Below are positions 59,403 through 64,000 of a DNA stretch of 64,000 nt, piece by piece. Source of the stretch: Leptospira sp. (GTDB taxonomy: Bacteria > Spirochaetota > Leptospiria > Leptospirales > Leptospiraceae); NCBI GenBank assembly GCA_034439575.1, contig JAWXAQ010000015.1, positions 32,001 to 96,000 on the forward strand, read 5' to 3'. The first letter of the stretch is position 1, and each line of letters opens with the position of its first letter. The translations under genes and the position numbers were made by a program. The notes under the pieces are model-generated. The model was not told the DNA's origin. It saw only the letters and a list, made by a program, of their open reading frames with translations, and ran no database searches.

Positions 59403-61102
59403 ATGTCGTTGAACAGTGGCAGGCGAAATGGGAAGAATCCTTATCCCTTTGGAGTGATTTTGTAAAATTATCCGATCCAAAATTTTTAGTCACAGCAAAA
59501 GATGAAAAAGAAGAAGGCGATTTTGGAAGTTTCGCTGCAATTCGGTTAGCTGATCATAAAATTATACTTTCTGTTCCCAAAATACAAAAATACAACTTAG
59601 AAGATTATCCTTTAGAAATCATGGGGCATGAGATTGGTCATCATGTTTATTGTCCGGGCGATTTAGCAGATCATGGAAAATTAATTTATTTAATTCGCAC
59701 TGCGATGCCAAGGTACGAACATTTGGCTCCTATGATTGTCAACATTTATGAAGACCTATTTATCAATGATAAACTTAAAAGACAACATAACTTGCGTATG
59801 GAAGAAGTTTACCAAAAGATTGGCAAACAAAATGATCCTTTTTGGAATTTTTATATGCGGACTTACGAAATTTTGTGGGCATTGCCAGAAGATACACTCA
59901 CGAGTGGGAAATTAGAATCTAACATCATGTCTGATGCCATTTTGGTAAATCGTATAGTTCGGAATTATTCAAACGACTGGATCATAGGGGCTTTCGATTT
60001 TGGAAACATTTGTTTTCCCTATTTTATCGGAAATCAAACTAATTCATCTGTTTCGCCGATGAATATTTTTCATGATACGAAAGATATAGGTCGCGGTAGT
60101 GAAATTCCAAGTGGGATTACCAATGTAGATATAGAATCCGTGTTAAATGAAGGATTAGATGCATCCCTAGGAAGGGATAAAACATCAGAGAAAAAAGATT
60201 CCAACTTAAAGCCAAATCAAAACATAACACCTGCTCAATATTCTGCTATCGGAGAGGCTCTTGGCATAAAGGCAAGTATTTCCGAAATGGCATATAAATA
60301 TTATAAAGAACGCGCACTTCCCTATCTCGTTACATATCCAAGCCTAATCACACCTGGCGCACCTGAAAAAATATTAGAGGGAACTGATTTATGGGACATT
60401 GGCTCCCCCATTGAAAATATAAATTGGTTTGAATCCCTGCTAAAGGGACCTGCCGTAATTCCTGGTTATACGACAGTAGAAAATTTTTACGGTGAAATGC
60501 CTTCTTTCGAAATAGAATCAAACCCTATAGATTTGGATCTCTTTGTTGACTGCTCGGGTTCTATGCCGAATCCACAAACCGAATTATCTTATCTTACACT
60601 TGCGGGAACCATCATTGCTTTATCAGCCTTACGTGTTGGATCAAATGTTCGGGTTACCTTATGGTCAGGAGAAAATGAATATTTTACGACTGATGCCTTT
60701 ACTAAAAATGAAAAGTCCATTTTAGAAATTTTAACTGGATATATTGGCGGTGCCACTTGTTTTCCTTTGGACCTTTTGAAAAAAGCATATGCTAATACAA
60801 CTCCAACGAAAAGAAAAACACATATACTGATCATATCTGATGAAGGCATTGATACTATGTACAATCAAAAATATCCTGTCGAAACTCGAAGTTTCGTAAA
60901 ATCAATGTTAGAGAATGCCGGTGGAGGTGGATCAATGGTTTTAAATTTATATTCGCCGACGTATCATAAAGAAATTCAAGAAATGAATGAATCAGGTTGG
61001 AATATCTTTCGCATTTCAAACTGGGAAGAACTTGTGGAATTCAGTAGAAACTTTGTTAAAAAAACTTATGAAAGAAATCAGACACTACATCAAACGCGTT
61101 AA
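59399..61102 (+). CDS. HEXXH metallopeptidase-like + vWA domain protein
   Basis: GHEIGHH..NIYEDLFIN; MIDAS VDCSGSM, GGAT, IISDEG. Confidence 0.88.
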   Translation: MNVVEQWQAKWEESLSLWSDFVKLSDPKFLVTAKDEKEEGDFGSFAAIRLADHKIILSVPKIQKYNLEDYPLEIMGHEIGHHVYCPGDLADHGKLIYLIRTAMPRYEHLAPMIVNIYEDLFINDKLKRQHNLRMEEVYQKIGKQNDPFWNFYMRTYEILWALPEDTLTSGKLESNIMSDAILVNRIVRNYSNDWIIGAFDFGNICFPYFIGNQTNSSVSPMNIFHDTKDIGRGSEIPSGITNVDIESVLNEGLDASLGRDKTSEKKDSNLKPNQNITPAQYSAIGEALGIKASISEMAYKYYKERALPYLVTYPSLITPGAPEKILEGTDLWDIGSPIENINWFESLLKGPAVIPGYTTVENFYGEMPSFEIESNPIDLDLFVDCSGSMPNPQTELSYLTLAGTIIALSALRVGSNVRVTLWSGENEYFTTDAFTKNEKSILEILTGYIGGATCFPLDLLKKAYANTTPTKRKTHILIISDEGIDTMYNQKYPVETRSFVKSMLENAGGGGSMVLNLYSPTYHKEIQEMNESGWNIFRISNWEELVEFSRNFVKKTYERNQTLHQTR

Positions 61103-61628
61103 CGACTTCCCAGTGTATCAGGTTGATTTGAATACGATCTCTGCTCAAAGTTTATGGAATGATGTATTGATTCGAACCAAAAACCAAATCAAGTTTTATA
61201 ACATTTTGAATGTCATTGAATGGGATAAAGTTAAAAAACAACCAAATTTGCTTGGACTTCATTTAGTGTTATGTTATTTCTTTGCCGATCCAAATTGGAA
61301 AGAAGAGAATATAGACGTTGAAAAATTGATAGCCTATCTTAAAGATAAATTACCAATTCTTGCAACCAATGTAAGTCCCTATACAGAATGGATTAGCGAT
61401 GGTGAAAGATCAGAAGAATTAGTGCGATCACTGTTAAACGGATTAGATTTACTTCCAGCCAACGAAACAGAAAAATATTTCAAAGATAGACTTAGATCCA
61501 TAGATACTTTAGAACGTATTCGAATATTAGAAGAATCTAAAAAAGCCCAGGAACGCGCACAAGAATTACTTAGAAAAATCAAACAGGCTGAGGAAGAAGA
61601 AGCCGCATCAAAATACAATAGAGAATAA
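61068..61628 (+). CDS. Hypothetical helical protein with C-terminal coiled coil
   Basis: Overlaps the vWA gene end; DGERSEELVR, ends EEEAASKYNRE. Confidence 0.75.
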   Translation: MKEIRHYIKRVNDFPVYQVDLNTISAQSLWNDVLIRTKNQIKFYNILNVIEWDKVKKQPNLLGLHLVLCYFFADPNWKEENIDVEKLIAYLKDKLPILATNVSPYTEWISDGERSEELVRSLLNGLDLLPANETEKYFKDRLRSIDTLERIRILEESKKAQERAQELLRKIKQAEEEEAASKYNRE

Positions 61629-61629
61629 A

Positions 61630-63006
61630 GTGGACCCGGCTCCTTATTTTAAAAATACCCCACTCATGAAAGCGGAATGGTTTGATTCGCTTTCAAAAAC
61701 CATTCTTTCTGAATTTGCACCAAAATGGAATACGGTCATTGGGGATCGAATCACAGCTAGCGATTATACATTTGTAAAAAATTACGAAGAGGAACTGTAT
61801 GCAAAGAGATCGTTTCATACCCATCATCCAAATGAATTTATAATTAATTTTATCAGATCACTTCGGTTTTATTCCGCATATTTTTATGATCGACTGAAGG
61901 ATATTTCTTTACCAAAAGAGTTTTCAAAAATTCCTTTTATGACAAGGGAAGATTTACAATTTAAAATCACTGAAATTCTTCCCACAAAGGATAGCCTGAA
62001 CCGACTCATAGTAAATCCAACATCTGGAACCACAGGCACTCCCATATTAGCACCAAACCACCCTAAGTCTATAGGATGTTATGTGCCATTTATTGAATAT
62101 TCCCTCAATGCACATGGAGTATCTACGGTTCATAATTTTAAAACCACAACAGGAATCCAATTGTGTTATCAAAATCAAACAATTGTATATGGAACTTGTC
62201 ACTCGCTAGCCGAAGGTGCCAAGTTTGCTAAAATAAATTTGAAAGCCTCTGAATGGAAGTCTACTTCTGACATAAATAATTTCATAAATGAACAATCACC
62301 TATCTTTCTTTCTGGTGATCCGTATTCTTTTGAAGAAGCTTTGCGCATGAAAATAAATTTTAAACCAAAAGCGATTCATTCTACGGCTCTTGAATTAACA
62401 CCAGCACTGCGATCAGCATTGGAAAATTTTTTCAAATGCTCAGTTATCAACTTCTATTCGTTAAACGAAACTGGGCCGATCGCCTATTCATGTCCAAAGA
62501 ATCCAGAATGGATGCATATATTACCTCATGATATTTTTATAGAACTCATTGATACTGAAGGCGAGAATTCCGATTTCGGCGAGATAACCATCACAGGTGG
62601 AAGAAATCCATATTTACCCTTACTTCGTTATAAAACTGGGGATTGGGGAAATTTAAAATTTGGTGCTTGTGATTGCGGAGAAAAATCTCCAAAATTAAAA
62701 TTATTACAAGGTAGAAAGCCAATTTCATTTACTGATACTCTGGGCAATAAAATCAATCCAGTCGATGTCTCTCGAATTCTCCGGATGGAATCCAATATTT
62801 TACGTCACCAATTCATTCAAAAGAAAAAAAAGCATTATCAGATCAATTTATCTATCATGGTTCCGTTTAACACCTTACATATTCAAGAGTTAAAGAATAA
62901 ATTCTATGAATTGTTAGGATTTGATGCCGAAATTTTATTAAATTTTGATTTACCAAATGATGGAACAAAACTTCCAGTCTTTATAAATGAGTTAGAGACT
63001 ATATGA
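61630..63006 (+). CDS. Phenylacetate-CoA ligase/CapK-like adenylate-forming enzyme
   Basis: PTSGTTGTP, FYSLNETG, LLRYKTGD, QGRK ANL motifs. Confidence 0.85.
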   Translation: MDPAPYFKNTPLMKAEWFDSLSKTILSEFAPKWNTVIGDRITASDYTFVKNYEEELYAKRSFHTHHPNEFIINFIRSLRFYSAYFYDRLKDISLPKEFSKIPFMTREDLQFKITEILPTKDSLNRLIVNPTSGTTGTPILAPNHPKSIGCYVPFIEYSLNAHGVSTVHNFKTTTGIQLCYQNQTIVYGTCHSLAEGAKFAKINLKASEWKSTSDINNFINEQSPIFLSGDPYSFEEALRMKINFKPKAIHSTALELTPALRSALENFFKCSVINFYSLNETGPIAYSCPKNPEWMHILPHDIFIELIDTEGENSDFGEITITGGRNPYLPLLRYKTGDWGNLKFGACDCGEKSPKLKLLQGRKPISFTDTLGNKINPVDVSRILRMESNILRHQFIQKKKKHYQINLSIMVPFNTLHIQELKNKFYELLGFDAEILLNFDLPNDGTKLPVFINELETI

Positions 63007-64000
63007 GATTCAACCATGGATTTATATTAGGAAAATTTTATCCGCCGCATAAAGGACACCTACATTTAATAAATGAAAGTAAAAAATTATGCAATCGCCT
63101 AACGGTTGCCATCTCTAGTTTGAGATCAGAATTGATACCAGGCGAATTAAGGTATTTATGGTTAAAGGACTTAGTTAAAAATGAAAATATAGAAATCAAA
63201 TGGATCCAAGATGAAAATCCACAGTTCCCAGAAGAAGATATTCATTTTTGGGATATTTGGAGAAGTTCCATATTACAATCCTTAGATGCACCTATAGATG
63301 TTTTATTTTCATCCGAAAATTATGGCGAGAAACTGAGCGAAGTTCTTGGAGTAAAACATAGGTGTATAGATTTAGAAAGGAATCAAGTTCCTATATCTGC
63401 TACGCAAATTAGAAATCATCCCACAAAATATTGGGAATACATTCCTGAAAAAATAAGACCTTACTTTTTAAAACGAATTGTATTAACAGGCCCAGAATCA
63501 ACAGGCAAATCTACTCTATCAAAAATCCTTGCCAGTCATTTTGAAACAGAATTTGTTCCGGAATTTGCGAGAACCTACTTAGACAAAATGGGAAGATATG
63601 TCATAAAGGATGATATTTTACAAATTGGCATTGGTCATTTAGAATCAGAATTAGAAAAGGCGACCAAGGCAAATCGTATTCTTTTTCTGGATACAGACCA
63701 TTTAACAACACTTATATATTCAAATTTTTATTTTAAATCTTGTCCGGATTGGGTAATCAAACGAGCTAAAGGATTAAAGTATGATGTTTCTTTATTTATG
63801 GATATTGATATCCCTTGGGTCGCAGACCCGCAAAGAGAGTTAGAAAATAGTCGCGATGAAATGAAAGAGATATTCACTCATGAAATGGAAAAAGTAGCTA
63901 GAGAATTTCATATGATAAGCGGGACTTTTGCGGAAAGAGAAAATCAAGCAATAGAAATTGTAAACCAAGTTCTAAATCAGCCGATGAATGTTTGTTATTT
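63003..64000 (+). CDS. nadR: NadR-type NMN adenylyltransferase/ribosylnicotinamide kinase without HTH (3' truncated by window; absent from the ORF track)
   Basis: Translated by hand: MRFNHGFILGKFYPPHKGH (HxGH), FSSENYG, ISATQIR, VLTGPESTGKST, FLDTD; ATGA overlap with the upstream gene. Confidence 0.85.
   Translation, partial: MRFNHGFILGKFYPPHKGHLHLINESKKLCNRLTVAISSLRSELIPGELRYLWLKDLVKNENIEIKWIQDENPQFPEEDIHFWDIWRSSILQSLDAPIDVLFSSENYGEKLSEVLGVKHRCIDLERNQVPISATQIRNHPTKYWEYIPEKIRPYFLKRIVLTGPESTGKSTLSKILASHFETEFVPEFARTYLDKMGRYVIKDDILQIGIGHLESELEKATKANRILFLDTDHLTTLIYSNFYFKSCPDWVIKRAKGLKYDVSLFMDIDIPWVADPQRELENSRDEMKEIFTHEMEKVAREFHMISGTFAERENQAIEIVNQVLNQPMNVCY

Noticed and set aside
2015-61618. Many 60-135 aa ORFs in the track that lie antisense or out of frame within longer genes (e.g. 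2015-2320, 20615-20998, 35192-35578, 39611-39952, 54916-55323)
   Set aside because: They are shadow ORFs of well-supported genes and carry no motifs of their own.
1-64000. CRISPR array, tRNA/rRNA, IS element or prophage
   Set aside because: No repeat-spacer pattern, RNA gene signature, transposase, integrase or phage structural gene was recognised.

Overview
AT-rich bacterial chromosomal window, almost certainly Leptospira. This rests on Leptospira-type lipoproteins, OmpL47-like and Lsa36-like surface proteins, a FlaA-domain protein, CheX and 7TM-DISM signalling proteins; assignment to a saprophytic clade is only inference. The first ~22 kb looks accessory: adenylate cyclase, TonB-dependent receptor, a TetR/hydrolase module, a persulfide dioxygenase-TauE pair with a CsoR-type operator, an AraC-YHYH-MORN-SCO module, and an OM beta-barrel next to a large beta-helix lipoprotein. 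The middle holds mostly core genes: cheX, OmpA-family protein, ABC-F, rdgB, comF, lnt, PIN/TRAM, carD, the caa3 oxidase operon, ctaA and cyoE. Best candidates for undescribed systems: (1) a citrate synthase paralogue with all three catalytic residues replaced, lying between a STAS anti-anti-sigma factor and a membrane PP2C phosphatase; (2) a tightly coupled 7-gene operon encoding a MoxR-like AAA+, a HEXXH-vWA protein, a CapK/PaaK-like ligase and NadR; (3) the YHYH-MORN-SCO putative copper module. No rRNA, tRNA, CRISPR array or transposase was recognised. All family calls come from reading motifs by eye; no searches were run.
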